In this document: positions 48,381 through 59,307 of the stretch, piece by piece
How positions within the stretch are numbered: the stretch's first letter is position 1
Layout: each line of letters starts with the position of its first letter
Source of the DNA: Verrucomicrobiota bacterium
GTDB lineage: Bacteria > Verrucomicrobiota > Verrucomicrobiia > Limisphaerales > JBBRPK01
NCBI GenBank assembly: GCA_038228235.1
Contig: JBBRPK010000016.1
Coordinates: 526 to 64,525, forward strand
Length of the DNA: 64,000 nt
Reading direction: 5' to 3'
Program-made: the position numbers and the translations under genes
The notes under the pieces: model-generated
Database searches by the model: none
What the model saw: the letters and a program-made list of their open reading frames with translations, nothing else
Told to the model about the DNA's origin: nothing

Positions 48381-48652
48381 GCCGTCCGAAGCGAACGCTT
48401 TTTGATCGGCAGTGAAAAGAACGCCCTTCCAGGGTTAGCGTGTTAGGGCGCGCCTGGCTGCCCAAACTTCTCTATCTGCCGACTTGGAGGTCGCGCCACA
48501 GGCGTTCGGAGTTCTGGCTCACAGGAGGTGCCATTCCTTGGGATGGTGGCAGTGGCCAGATGCGCCCGAAGAGCTGGGTCAAGACGAGATAAGCTTTACA
48601 ATAAAGTTTAACCTGTTATTTGAACGGGGTTCATTCATCGCAATTCACTGAT

Positions 48653-51600
48653 ATGAAAGCAAAAGCAATTTCTTCGGTAATAGCCTTCATCACTTTAGTC
48701 TCCGGCTCTCGGGCGAGCGATCCGACCACAGCAGCTTTGACTTCCGGAGGGCAAACGCGGATTGCCGTTTGCTTTCCTGTGTGTGTTGACTCCAGCGCGG
48801 TGGATTTCCACAATTACACTCTCCACGCCGGAGCGGCCTCGATCACCCCGCCAGGCGCTTTGCTGGCGGACGGTCGAACCGTGTTGCTGAACGTGAGCGG
48901 GTTGACCGCAAATACTTACACCTTGGATGTTGCTGGCAGCCAGATTCAGACTTGTGAGGGCGCATTGCTCGCAGATGTCACCCTCACCGGCGCCGTCGAA
49001 AGCAGATTCACCATTGAGGATGTCGGCAGCCCGACCATCGCCAGCATTTCCTTCAGTTGCGGCGCGGGCAACCTCAGTTTGATTGCCGGAGGCAACGCCT
49101 TCACCAACATCTCGGACCAGCTTGCCTTTGCTTACGAATCGGTGCTGGGCGATTTCGACAAAAAGGTGCAACTGGCCGGCCTGCTGGCCTCGGATGCCAC
49201 CGATGGGTTTGCTCGCGCCGGCCTCATGGTGCGCACGTCCATCGACCCGGGCGTGTTGGACCTGGAATTACTGGCCAGCAATCCCATGGGCGACAACGCT
49301 GTCCGATGTGTGTTTCGCGCCGATGTTGGGAACAGTTATGACGAAATGGACCGCCCTTATTTCGGTGTGGCTACCAATCTTCCCAATCAGTGGCTGCGGG
49401 TAAAGCGCGTGGGAGACGACTTTCAAATGTTTGTCGGGCTTGACGGAGTTCATTGGTCCATGGTGGCCCAACGGTGGCAGGAACTGCCGTCTGCGCTGCT
49501 GGTAGGCTGCTACGCCGCCGCCAGCAAAGAGGGCGCGACCGCCAGCGCGCAATTCATGAATTACACAAATGTCGATCTGGCGGATCACACCCCGCCGAGG
49601 TTGGTGTCGGCCGGGACTCTGGACAAGAAAGTGGTGGGGGTGAAATTTTCTGAAACCATCAGATCAACAACCGCGTCGGTGCTGGCCAATTATACCGTGC
49701 TTAATTCCAATAACAGTCCTGCTACAGTTACGGCCGCTAAAGTTGGCATCGAAGGGGATGCCGCCTATCTGGCCGTTAGCGGCTTGCTGAGCGACACCTT
49801 CACGGTCCGCGTCAATGGCGGGATCAGCGACAGCGCAGGAAACGTCATCGTGGCGTCCACATCAGTGACCGGGAAAGTTTCACTGTGGGTTTCGGAAGAC
49901 ATCGGCTTCTTCCAGGACCCCGCCAACCGGCCTTCCGTCGGGGATGACCCCATCAGAGTAGGCCAGGCGGTGGCCGTGTCTTCGGATGAGAACCCGGAGA
50001 TTGAAATTGTCGGCGGCGGTTCCAATCTGCGGGATGCAGGCGATTACGGCCACTATCTGAATCAAACCATGACGGGCGATTTTGACGTGTCGGTGGAGGT
50101 GACTCGCTACGACCGATGCTACCAAACGGGAGGATTTGCCAACGCTGGGATTATGGCCCGGAACAGTTTTTATAACGTTGGCTACGAATATACCCCGATT
50201 GGAACGAGAGTTCCCTACTATGCGAATCTCACCTACGCAGAAGACAATCAGGCCATCGGGTCCCTGGCAGTTTGGCGTGATACTCCCTTTGGGACCAGGG
50301 ACGATTCGCTGGCGAGGAAAGGCCTGGCGTTGTCCACTGCAACCCTGATCGACGGGATGATTGGCACCTTCGGGAATCTCAGAGCTGCCAACGCCAGAGG
50401 CGACGCTCTCCCAAACTCCTCAACCAATGCCAGCCGCTGGCTTCGATTACAACGGGTGGGCGATCACTTCACGTCTTATGCTTCGTGGGATGGCCGAGTT
50501 TGGCAAAAAGTCGAAGAGGGCGATCATCCCCTGGATTCGACTGTGGACGTTGGTTTTTTCACCTCTAATGATAGCGGCAACACGGCGCCCACAGGCAATG
50601 CTTACGATGGCGACAACCAACGGCCCTCGATGTACTCAGTTGTGCACCTGCGTCATTTAGGCGTCACGCCTCTGCCTGGCCAAGTTATGAGCGACCCACC
50701 CCCAGGTCCAGTTTTCGCGATCGGCAGCACCAATGGGATGCCTGGAGATGATGTCGTGATTCCGGTTCAACTGAGCGGATGCTTTAGCATTGTTACTTTG
50801 CAATTCTCCCTCCACTGGGACCCAACTATGGCCACGTTTGTGGACGTGGAACAGTTCGGGCTGACAGGGATGTCGGCTGGGAATTTCACGACTAACAATG
50901 GGCTGCTTACTATCATGTGGAATGCGCCTTCCACCAATGGCCTGTATCTCCCGATTACGAGCACGATTTTTGCGGTTCGGCTCCACTTGATTGGAGCCCT
51001 CGGCGCCTCGAGTGAGCTGTTCATCGACGGAAACCCGACCGTTGTGGAAGTCTCATCGGATCAGGCAATCCTGGCTCCCAATTTTCTTCCGGGAAATTTA
51101 ACGATCGGCCCACAAACCGGTCTTCCACCGGTCTTCCAACCGTTAAACAATTTTTTGGCTGAGGTGTTGCTGCCGCTGAAAGTCACCAATGTTGCCACCG
51201 ATCCCAATGTCCCTCCTAATCATCTGACGTTCCAAATCGTGGGTGGGCCAAAAGGGTCCCATATCAATACAAATGGGGTGGTGGTTTGGGTACCCTCGCG
51301 AAGCCAAGGGCGAAGCACCAACTGCATCACCATCCTTGCGACTGACGATGGAAATCCGCCCCGGAGCACTGTCAGGACCTTTGCGGTATTCGTCGATGAT
51401 TACCTGGAGTTGAGCTTGGGAAGATCTGTCGTGCGCAGTGGGGACACCGGGAGCGTATTTATTACTGCAACCACTACCACGGGAGTGACTAATATCAGCT
51501 CCTCCCTTTTCGTGCCAGTGAATGGTCTGACGGGTTTGGGATTATCCGGTATCGCGCCCGGAATCCAATCTGCCACTTTGACCGACCAAGGGGGAGGTCT

Positions 51601-52021
51601 TTCCAGCCTGCGCTTCAGTCCTGCCAACGGTCAAAGTATTCAGACCACCCAAACGCTCGCCCACTTGGACTTCACCGCCGTGGCCACCGAATCTATGTTC
51701 GTGCCTCTGATAATTTCCAACGTAGTTGGCACGCGGCCAAGCGGGGGCGCGCTGATGAGGACCCTGGCTGACGCTGGGCGAGTGGCGGTGGTGGCCAATG
51801 AACCCTTGTTGGAGGTTTTAACTTCGACCAATCTGCAGCCTCTCTTAATTCTCTACGGGCAAAATGGATCGAATTACGTGGTGCAATCGACGACCGACCC
51901 AGAGGGAAAACCCGGCAGTTGGCAAACTGTGTGGCAGGGCCAGCTCACCAATCTTACCCAAATAGTTCCCCTCACAATCACGAACAACCACAATGTTCTG
52001 TTTTTCCGATCCGTTAAGTGA
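48653..52021 (+). CDS. large secreted protein: two ConA-like (DUF1349/LamG-type) modules, SbsA-Ig-like, cohesin-like and cadherin-like Ig domains
   Basis: ATG at 48653 gives the signal peptide MKAKAISSVIAFITLVSGSRA. Two copies of GDFD..V......AGLM(I)(V/A)R...WLR(V/L)(K/Q)RVGD.F...(G/S).DG..W. Cohesin-like block GMPGDDVVIPVQL...LQFSLHWDP. Cadherin-like LTFQIVGGPKGSHINTNGVVVWVP. Confidence 0.6.
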   Translation: MKAKAISSVIAFITLVSGSRASDPTTAALTSGGQTRIAVCFPVCVDSSAVDFHNYTLHAGAASITPPGALLADGRTVLLNVSGLTANTYTLDVAGSQIQTCEGALLADVTLTGAVESRFTIEDVGSPTIASISFSCGAGNLSLIAGGNAFTNISDQLAFAYESVLGDFDKKVQLAGLLASDATDGFARAGLMVRTSIDPGVLDLELLASNPMGDNAVRCVFRADVGNSYDEMDRPYFGVATNLPNQWLRVKRVGDDFQMFVGLDGVHWSMVAQRWQELPSALLVGCYAAASKEGATASAQFMNYTNVDLADHTPPRLVSAGTLDKKVVGVKFSETIRSTTASVLANYTVLNSNNSPATVTAAKVGIEGDAAYLAVSGLLSDTFTVRVNGGISDSAGNVIVASTSVTGKVSLWVSEDIGFFQDPANRPSVGDDPIRVGQAVAVSSDENPEIEIVGGGSNLRDAGDYGHYLNQTMTGDFDVSVEVTRYDRCYQTGGFANAGIMARNSFYNVGYEYTPIGTRVPYYANLTYAEDNQAIGSLAVWRDTPFGTRDDSLARKGLALSTATLIDGMIGTFGNLRAANARGDALPNSSTNASRWLRLQRVGDHFTSYASWDGRVWQKVEEGDHPLDSTVDVGFFTSNDSGNTAPTGNAYDGDNQRPSMYSVVHLRHLGVTPLPGQVMSDPPPGPVFAIGSTNGMPGDDVVIPVQLSGCFSIVTLQFSLHWDPTMATFVDVEQFGLTGMSAGNFTTNNGLLTIMWNAPSTNGLYLPITSTIFAVRLHLIGALGASSELFIDGNPTVVEVSSDQAILAPNFLPGNLTIGPQTGLPPVFQPLNNFLAEVLLPLKVTNVATDPNVPPNHLTFQIVGGPKGSHINTNGVVVWVPSRSQGRSTNCITILATDDGNPPRSTVRTFAVFVDDYLELSLGRSVVRSGDTGSVFITATTTTGVTNISSSLFVPVNGLTGLGLSGIAPGIQSATLTDQGGGLSSLRFSPANGQSIQTTQTLAHLDFTAVATESMFVPLIISNVVGTRPSGGALMRTLADAGRVAVVANEPLLEVLTSTNLQPLLILYGQNGSNYVVQSTTDPEGKPGSWQTVWQGQLTNLTQIVPLTITNNHNVLFFRSVK

Positions 52022-52036
52022 GGAGCGAGTCTGCGT

Positions 52037-54643
52037 GTGATGCAGTTTGATCGATTCACGATTAAAGCGCAGGAGGCTATTCAGGGAGCCCAGGCCATCG
52101 CTCAACGTCTCTCCCATCAGCAAATTGAGGGCGAACATTTGATGTTGGCGCTGCTCGAACAGCCCGAGGGTTTATTGCTTCCTTTGCTCCAAAAATTGGG
52201 CGCTTCCCCGGCCCTTCTTAACGCTGACCTCACCCGAGACTTGGATGGGCGCTCCAAGGTTCAGGGCGCCTCTGCCGACTCTTTCCTGAGCGCAGGACTC
52301 AAGAAAATTCTTGAGCGTGCCCAGTCCGAAGCCGCCAAACTTAAAGATGATTACACCAGCTCTGAACATCTCCTGCTAGGATTGGCCGAGGAGGGGGACG
52401 CCGCTCTCAAAAGAATCTTCCAGAAATATGGTCTGCGTCGCGATAACATTCTCAAGGCGCTCGTGGAATTGCGAGGCCATCAGCGGGTCACCGACCAAAA
52501 TCCCGAGGATAAATTTCAGGCCTTGGAGAAATATGGGCGCGACCTGACCGCCCTGGCGCGCGCCGGCAAAATAGATCCCGTCATTGGCCGGGACGAGGAA
52601 ATTCGCCGCGTCATGCAGGTGCTCACGAGGCGCACCAAAAATAATCCCGTTTTGATCGGCGAGCCAGGTGTGGGCAAAACCGCGATCGTAGAGGGCCTGG
52701 CCCGGCGCATTATCAGCGGAGATGTGCCGGAGTCCTTGAAGAACAAGCAATTGGTGGCCATGGATCTCGGGGCCATGATTGCCGGGGCCAAATACCGCGG
52801 TGAATTCGAGGATCGGCTCAAGGCTTTCCTTAAAGAGGTCACGGCTAGCGAAGGACGCGTCATTTTATTTATCGATGAATTGCATACCATCGTCGGCGCC
52901 GGCAAAGCGGAAGGGGCCATGGACGCCGGCAACATGCTCAAGCCGCCTCTGGCTCGCGGAGAGCTTCGCTGCATAGGCGCGACGACGCTCGACGAGTACC
53001 GCAAGCATATCGAAAAAGATCCTGCCCTGGAACGGCGGTTTCAGCCCGTGGTCGTGGAAGAGCCATCGGTGGAAGCGACCATTGCGATTTTGCGCGGGTT
53101 GAAGGAGCGTTACGAGGTTCATCACGGCATTCGCATTCAGGATGCGGCGCTGGTGGCCGCGGCCACGCTCTCGCACCGTTACATCACCGAACGCTTTTTG
53201 CCGGATAAGGCCGTGGATCTCATGGATGAAGCCGCTTCGCGTCTGCGGATGGAACTGGATTCCATGCCCACGGAAATCGATCAGTTGGAGCGGCAAATCA
53301 TGCAACTGGAAATCGAGCAAAGCGCGTTAAAGAAAGAAAAAGATGAGGCCTCGCGCGGGCGGTTAAAGAAGCTGGAGAAAAGCCTCGCCGAGCTCAAGGA
53401 GCAAGCCGTCAAGCTCAAAGCCCAGTGGCAGAATGAGAAAGCAGCGCTGAACGCGATCAGCGTCATTAATACCCAGATCGAAGCAGCCAAAATCGAATTG
53501 GAGAAGGCCGAACGAGCCGGCGATTTGAATCGAGCGGGACAAATCCAATACGGGCGTCTTCCGGAATTGCAGCAGAAACGCGCCGATGCCGAGAAGAGTT
53601 TGCAGGAACTTTCCGCCGGCAAACGTTTGCTGCGCCAGGAGGTCACGGAAGAAGACATCGCTCATGTGGTTTCAGCCTGGACCGGCATTCCTGTGACCCG
53701 GATGCTCGAAGGGGAGCGTCAGAAGCTCATCCACATGGAAGAGCGGTTGCATCAGCGCCTGGTGAATCAGCAAGAGGCCATCACAGCGGTGGCCAACGCG
53801 GTGCGGCGCGCCCGCAGTGGTTTGCAGGATCCCAACCGCCCTGTTGGCTCCTTCATTTTCCTTGGTCCTACCGGCGTTGGCAAAACGGAACTGGCCCGCG
53901 CCCTCGCTGAATTTCTTTTTGATGACGAAAACGCGATGATCCGCATCGACATGAGCGAATACATGGAGAAGCACTCCGTGGCCCGGCTCATCGGCGCGCC
54001 GCCCGGCTATGTGGGTTACGAGGAGGGCGGACAATTAAGCGAATCAGTGCGGCGTCGGCCTTACTGTGTGGTGCTTTTTGATGAGATCGAGAAAGCCCAC
54101 CACGCCGTGTTCAATGTTTTGCTGCAAGTGCTCGATGATGGCCGGCTGACGGATGGGCAAGGGAGAACCATTGATTTTAAGAATTCGCTCCTCATCATGA
54201 CCAGCAACATCGGCTCGCCCATTGTTCAGGAATATTTCAATGCCGGAAGTGTTGACCCGCGGGATCACGCCCAGATGGAGGAGCGCGTCAAACTCGAATT
54301 GCGCGGCCATTTCCGGCCGGAATTTCTTAACCGGGTCGATGACATCATTATTTTCCACAGCCTTAATGAAAAGCAATTGGCAGCCATTGTGGACATTCAG
54401 CTTCGCCGGTTGGACAAGCGCCTCGCGCAGCAGCAACTGAAACTGGACGTGGACAGCTCGGCCAAGCGATTCCTCGCCAAGGAAGGATATGATCCGCAAT
54501 TTGGGGCGCGCCCCCTCAAACGCGCCATTCAGGAGCATGTGCTCGATCCGCTCGCTATGAGACTCCTGGCCGGCGATTTCAAACCCGGCGACCATATTCG
54601 CGCCTCCGCTCAAGCCGCTCAGATCGTTTTCGAGAAGCTCTAG
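52037..54643 (+). CDS. clpB: ATP-dependent chaperone ClpB
   Basis: Two AAA+ modules (Walker A GEPGVGKT and GPTGVGKT) with a long coiled-coil middle domain. N-terminal (M)[14 protein letters not shown]. The start may be ATG 52040 rather than GTG 52037. Confidence 0.95.
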   Translation: MMQFDRFTIKAQEAIQGAQAIAQRLSHQQIEGEHLMLALLEQPEGLLLPLLQKLGASPALLNADLTRDLDGRSKVQGASADSFLSAGLKKILERAQSEAAKLKDDYTSSEHLLLGLAEEGDAALKRIFQKYGLRRDNILKALVELRGHQRVTDQNPEDKFQALEKYGRDLTALARAGKIDPVIGRDEEIRRVMQVLTRRTKNNPVLIGEPGVGKTAIVEGLARRIISGDVPESLKNKQLVAMDLGAMIAGAKYRGEFEDRLKAFLKEVTASEGRVILFIDELHTIVGAGKAEGAMDAGNMLKPPLARGELRCIGATTLDEYRKHIEKDPALERRFQPVVVEEPSVEATIAILRGLKERYEVHHGIRIQDAALVAAATLSHRYITERFLPDKAVDLMDEAASRLRMELDSMPTEIDQLERQIMQLEIEQSALKKEKDEASRGRLKKLEKSLAELKEQAVKLKAQWQNEKAALNAISVINTQIEAAKIELEKAERAGDLNRAGQIQYGRLPELQQKRADAEKSLQELSAGKRLLRQEVTEEDIAHVVSAWTGIPVTRMLEGERQKLIHMEERLHQRLVNQQEAITAVANAVRRARSGLQDPNRPVGSFIFLGPTGVGKTELARALAEFLFDDENAMIRIDMSEYMEKHSVARLIGAPPGYVGYEEGGQLSESVRRRPYCVVLFDEIEKAHHAVFNVLLQVLDDGRLTDGQGRTIDFKNSLLIMTSNIGSPIVQEYFNAGSVDPRDHAQMEERVKLELRGHFRPEFLNRVDDIIIFHSLNEKQLAAIVDIQLRRLDKRLAQQQLKLDVDSSAKRFLAKEGYDPQFGARPLKRAIQEHVLDPLAMRLLAGDFKPGDHIRASAQAAQIVFEKL

Positions 54644-54661
54644 CAGGTCGCGGCTTGAGGC

Positions 54662-56371
54662 CTACTCGAGGAGGCCCGCCTGCTTCTGCTTCCCTTGGGC
54701 TAACAAAACCTCGGCGTGTTTTCGGGCCGCGTCGCTCTGGCCACCCAACATGCGGGCCAACTCGGTGATGCGCTCCTTTTTATCCAGAAGCGTGATTTCG
54801 GAAACGGTGCGCCCCGCCTTAAGTTGTTTCGTCACCACATAATGAGCGGATGCATGGGCAGCTACCTGGGGCAAATGAGTAATGCAAAGCACCTGCCGAT
54901 TTTGGGCAATCTGGAGCATCTTTTCCCCGACGGCATTGGCCGTCTCGCCCCCGACGTTGGCATCGACTTCATCAAAAACCAGCACCGGAATTTCATCCTC
55001 AGTGGCGAGCACGGTTTTGAGGGCCAACATGACCCGAGCCATCTCTCCGGAAGAAGCGATGGCGCGCAGCGGGTGGGCAGGCTCCCCTGGATTAGGCGCG
55101 AAAACGAATTCGAGCAAATCAAAGCCGGAGAAGGGGATTTGCGTTTTGAAACCGGCTGGCTCCAATTCCGTCGAGATGGCGGCGTCGAAATGGCTTTGCT
55201 GAAATCCTAGATCGCTGAGCTGCAGGATGACAGCCTTGCGCAACAGGGGAATGACTTTCCGGCGCTCCGAAGACAGCGCCTTCCCGCAACGCACAATCTC
55301 TCCTTCAAGCTTTTGCAATTCGGAACTGAGGCGGGCAACTTCTACATCGCGTTGTTCGAGACTCTGCAGCTTGCTTTGCGCCTCCTCACCAAAAGCGATG
55401 ATGTCGGCCAGGGTAGAACCGTATTTGCGCTTTAGAGATTGAACGAGGTTCAAGCGATCTTCCAGCTCCTGCAGCCGCTGTGTGTCGATGTCCAAATGGT
55501 CCGCGTAACGTGACAGATCGGTTTGTAGTTCCCTCAGTGCGCTCACGGTTTGCTCATGGGCGTCCGTGAGCAGAGACGCGCCGGGGTCTATACCCTGCAT
55601 TTCCTGCAAGGTTCGTCCGAGGGCGCCTGCTTGAGTGAGAAGCGATTGGTCTTCCTCACTCAAGAGGCGGAGTGCGCTTTGGGCTAGTTCGAGGAGTCGG
55701 GCCGCATGGTTGGCGCGATGGTAATCCTGTTCCATTTGGTGGTCCTCTTCCGGACGGAGTTTAGCGGCGGTGATTTCGTTTGACTGGAAGCGAAGCACGT
55801 CGAGTTGCTGAGCGTAGGTTTTCTCATCCACGATGAGAGAGGCTTTCTCGTCATGCAAGCCAGCTCGATGGCGGACCAGTTCAGCGAAGACATCGCGCGC
55901 CGGACGCAGGTTCCCGAACGCATCAAGAATTTCCAATTGTTTCGCGGGGCGGAGCAAGGATTGATGATCGTGGGGGCCATGAATATCCACGAGCCACTCC
56001 CCTAACGAACGGAGGATATTCAAGGTGGCTGGGGAGCCATTGATGAATTGGCGATTGGCGCCTCCGATAGTGAAGGTGCGCCTGAGGAAAAGTTGGTGGT
56101 CTTCGCAGGGTTCCAGCCCATTGGCATCCAGGAACTTTTTAAGGGGGACTTTAAGGTTTGAGGTATCAAAGAGGGCTTCCACAGAGCAACTGTCACTCCC
56201 ACTGCGAATGAGGGAACGGTCCGCGCGCTCGCCCAGGATGAGATTAAGGGCGCCAATCAAGATCGATTTGCCGGCCCCAGTTTCCCCGGTAATGATGACG
56301 AGGCCAGGTTGAAGTTCAAGCGTCAGGTCCGCGACCAGGGCCAGATTTTTGATGCGCAACGTCGTCAACAT
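54662..56371 (-). CDS. recN: DNA repair protein RecN
   Basis: 569 aa. [13 protein letters not shown], Walker A GETGAGKS, long coiled coil, signature [14 protein letters not shown], Walker B VLVFDEVD. Confidence 0.95.
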   Translation of the reverse strand: MLTTLRIKNLALVADLTLELQPGLVIITGETGAGKSILIGALNLILGERADRSLIRSGSDSCSVEALFDTSNLKVPLKKFLDANGLEPCEDHQLFLRRTFTIGGANRQFINGSPATLNILRSLGEWLVDIHGPHDHQSLLRPAKQLEILDAFGNLRPARDVFAELVRHRAGLHDEKASLIVDEKTYAQQLDVLRFQSNEITAAKLRPEEDHQMEQDYHRANHAARLLELAQSALRLLSEEDQSLLTQAGALGRTLQEMQGIDPGASLLTDAHEQTVSALRELQTDLSRYADHLDIDTQRLQELEDRLNLVQSLKRKYGSTLADIIAFGEEAQSKLQSLEQRDVEVARLSSELQKLEGEIVRCGKALSSERRKVIPLLRKAVILQLSDLGFQQSHFDAAISTELEPAGFKTQIPFSGFDLLEFVFAPNPGEPAHPLRAIASSGEMARVMLALKTVLATEDEIPVLVFDEVDANVGGETANAVGEKMLQIAQNRQVLCITHLPQVAAHASAHYVVTKQLKAGRTVSEITLLDKKERITELARMLGGQSDAARKHAEVLLAQGKQKQAGLLE

Positions 56372-56430
56372 GTCTTTTTATTCGCGCTGAATGTGGCCTT
56401 TGTGGTAAGGTTGAGCAAAAGAAATTTGGA

Positions 56431-57213
56431 ATGTCGTTTTCCTTCATTTTCCTCGGGTCGGGAACTTCCCAAGGCGTGCCCATCATCGGCCATGAGTATC
56501 CGCCGGAGTTTTTGGCCAATCCGAAGAACCATCGGACTCGCCCCTCTCTCTTTATATCCACAGCGGAAGCCAAAGTGGTGCTCGATACGACGCCGGAGTT
56601 TCGTCTCCAATGCCTGCGCGAGAATATTCGATGGTTGGACGCGGTCATTTTCACTCACTCCCATGCAGACCATATCATGGGGCTGGATGATTGCCGCCGT
56701 TTTTGCGATCTGCGTGGTGGGAAGGCGCTGCCGATTTATGCCAACGAACAAACCATGAGCGATTTGCGAAGGGTTTTTGCCTTTGCTTTTCATGATGGCC
56801 CCTGGCCAAGAGGTTATTTTATCCCCGACCCGCATGTAATTACCGGGCCATTTGAAATTGGCGATTTGCAGATAAAAGCTTTTCCTTTACCACACGGCAA
56901 AACGATGACCAATGGTTATCTGTTTACCCAGGGCGGACGAAAACGGCTGGCCTATCTAAGCGATTGCAAAGAGGTGCCCCTGGCAGTCATTGGCGAGTTG
57001 GGCGGCGTCGAAGTTGCGGTGTTGGACGCCTTGCGCTACGCCCCACATCCCACCCACATGTGCCTTGATGAAGCACTAACGGCGGCGCGACGAATTGGCG
57101 CACTCCGAACGTATCTTACGCATCTGACCCACGATTACGATCATGACCGCGCACAGGAGGAATTGCCAGCGGGCGTGGAGTTGGCGTACGATGGCCTGCG
57201 AGTGGATCTCTGA
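56431..57213 (+). CDS. MBL-fold metallo-hydrolase (PhnP-like)
   Basis: 260 aa. [11 protein letters not shown] and [13 protein letters not shown] (HxHxDH). Confidence 0.8.
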   Translation: MSFSFIFLGSGTSQGVPIIGHEYPPEFLANPKNHRTRPSLFISTAEAKVVLDTTPEFRLQCLRENIRWLDAVIFTHSHADHIMGLDDCRRFCDLRGGKALPIYANEQTMSDLRRVFAFAFHDGPWPRGYFIPDPHVITGPFEIGDLQIKAFPLPHGKTMTNGYLFTQGGRKRLAYLSDCKEVPLAVIGELGGVEVAVLDALRYAPHPTHMCLDEALTAARRIGALRTYLTHLTHDYDHDRAQEELPAGVELAYDGLRVDL

Positions 57214-57312
57214 TGAAAGCTGAATTCCGAGAGCAGAAATTTAGAAAAAGCGCCAAAACGGATGCGTGGTTGGCAGCCTCGTTCCGGCGGCTTCATCGGC
57301 TGATCTTCTCCA

Positions 57313-57396
57313 TGAACCTCTTGGCAGCCGACGTAAGTCAGCTCACTCTTTTCCTCCGAAAGATCAAAGCCGATTCACATCGGCTGCTACGGTTCA
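57313..57396. repeat. long imperfect inverted repeat with GCAGCCGA core
   Basis: Left arm tgaacctcttggcagccgacgtaagtcagc (57313-57342). Right arm gccgattcacatcggctgctacggttca (57369-57396). Shared tgaacc and gcagccga blocks. It lies just upstream of the ATG at 57405. Confidence 0.55.
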
Positions 57397-57404
57397 GGGT
57401 TTCA

Positions 57405-59048
57405 ATGCGCGAAATTACGTTTGGGAGAACTCTCATCCGGGCGCTCCTCGCAATATCCACTTCAATTGCTCCTCTCTGGGCCGCCGAATCGGGGTCTTCA
57501 GTGGTGGTGGTTTACAATTCAACGATGCCAGAGTCTAAACAGGTGGCGGAGCATTACGCGCAACGCCGTCAGGTGCCCGCCAGCCAGGTCTTCGGGTTTG
57601 AGCTTCCCGCGACAGAATCCATGACGCGGCTTGAGTTTTTGGAACAGCTCCAGAAGCCACTATTGAAAAATCTCCAGGCAAACAAACTGTTTACGGTTTC
57701 CGCGACATCGCGCCAGCCAGTTGATGCCTCCATCCGTTATGCCGTGCTCTGTTATGGGGTGCCGACGAAGATTCTTCGAGACCCCACCTTGGTGGAACCG
57801 CAGGCGGATAAACTTCCCGTGGAACTTCGGAGAAGCGAAGCCGCAGTGGATAGCCAGTTGGCGTGCCTGCCTTTGCCTCAAGAGAAGCAGTTATGGATCG
57901 GGCCGCTGATGAACCCGGGTTATCTTGCGACCAATGCCCACTTTCTGCACCCCACCAACGGCATCCTGCTGGTGGCAAGGTTGGACGGCCCCACATCCAG
58001 CATTGCGCGAGGATTGGTGGACAAAGCGATGGAAGCGGAAACAAACGGCCTGTGGGGCCGCGCTTATTTCGATGCGCGAGGGGTGACCAATAATGAATAT
58101 CGGCTCGGCGATGAATGGATTCGCGCCGCCGCCAACGTGACGCGCCGGATGGGATTCGACACTGAGCTGGACGAAAATCCAGGGACCTTCCCTGCCAGCT
58201 TTCCGATGAGCCAGATTGCTTTTTATGCGGGCTGGTATGATGCGAGTGTTTCCGGGCCATTTACTCGGCCAACGGTCGAGTTCATGCCGGGCGCGTTTGC
58301 TTATCACTTGCATTCCTTCAGCGCGCAAACCCTTCGCTCCGCCACTCAAAACTGGGTGGGACCTCTGCTCAGCAAAGGGGCCACCATCACTTTAGGCTGT
58401 GTCGATGAACCCTACTTGACGGGCACGCCGAACATCGCCGCTTTCATGGAGAGATTCCTTTTCGGTTTCAGTTTCGGAGAGGCGGCTTGCGCGGGGCAAA
58501 TTTGGTTGTCCTGGCAGACGACCGTGGTCGGTGATCCACTGTATCGGCCCTTCGGCCGGAGAGGCGATGAACAACATTTTGATTTGCAGAAACGGCAGAG
58601 CCCGTTGGTGGAATGGTCTCACCTGCGCGTGGTTGGTATGAACCAGGCTCTTGGCACGAGCACGGGCGAACTGATTGATTACCTGGAGAAGATCCCGGCC
58701 ACGAAAAGAAGCGCCGTGTTGAAAGAAAAGCTGGCCGATCTCTACTGGGCGAAGAAACAGTTCTCCGATGGCCTGGACACTTACGAGGAAGTTTTAAAAC
58801 TGGAGCCAACCCCGCAGCAACGGATTCGAGTCATGCTGGGCCTGGCGCAAAAGCGATCCGTTTTTGGCCCGCAACTCGCCGCGTTCGAGCTTTACGAGAA
58901 ATTCCTGCACGATTTTCCGGATTACCCCGACCACATCATGATCTTTCAGAAACTGCTTCCTCTGGCCCTAAAGCTGGGCAAAAAAGAAGAGGCCGAGCGC
59001 TGTCAGCAAGAAATCAAACGTCTCACGACCGGAAGCGTGAAGAGTTGA
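57405..59048 (+). CDS. secreted conserved hypothetical protein (resembles the TIGR03790 family) with C-terminal TPR-like repeats
   Basis: ATG at 57405 gives the signal peptide MREITFGRTLIRALLAISTSIAPLWAAES. VVVVYNSTMPESKQVAEHYAQRRQVPASQVFG resembles the TIGR03790 N-terminus as I recall it. C-terminal helical repeats (LADLYWAKKQFSDGLDTYEEVLKLEP...). Confidence 0.55.
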   Translation: MREITFGRTLIRALLAISTSIAPLWAAESGSSVVVVYNSTMPESKQVAEHYAQRRQVPASQVFGFELPATESMTRLEFLEQLQKPLLKNLQANKLFTVSATSRQPVDASIRYAVLCYGVPTKILRDPTLVEPQADKLPVELRRSEAAVDSQLACLPLPQEKQLWIGPLMNPGYLATNAHFLHPTNGILLVARLDGPTSSIARGLVDKAMEAETNGLWGRAYFDARGVTNNEYRLGDEWIRAAANVTRRMGFDTELDENPGTFPASFPMSQIAFYAGWYDASVSGPFTRPTVEFMPGAFAYHLHSFSAQTLRSATQNWVGPLLSKGATITLGCVDEPYLTGTPNIAAFMERFLFGFSFGEAACAGQIWLSWQTTVVGDPLYRPFGRRGDEQHFDLQKRQSPLVEWSHLRVVGMNQALGTSTGELIDYLEKIPATKRSAVLKEKLADLYWAKKQFSDGLDTYEEVLKLEPTPQQRIRVMLGLAQKRSVFGPQLAAFELYEKFLHDFPDYPDHIMIFQKLLPLALKLGKKEEAERCQQEIKRLTTGSVKS

Positions 59049-59307
59049 GGCGCCAAGGTTTTCCCGCGCTCCGGCAGATGAGTAAAGGTAAGCCTGCCAC
59101 CCACAGGGTTCAGCTTACGGCCAGCGCAATTGGTAAAACCGGCGACGATTGTTCGGTGTCGCTGTTAGATAGCTCGCTCGGAGGGAGGGACACGCGAGGA
59201 TGGTAAGCGCAACTTGCGGGCGTTGGACCTCCGGGCCCCGGCCTCATCTTCTGAACTGAAAAAATGCCGCGTTGCCTCAGCTTCCCTTTTCTGGCTAGAT
59301 CCATAGC

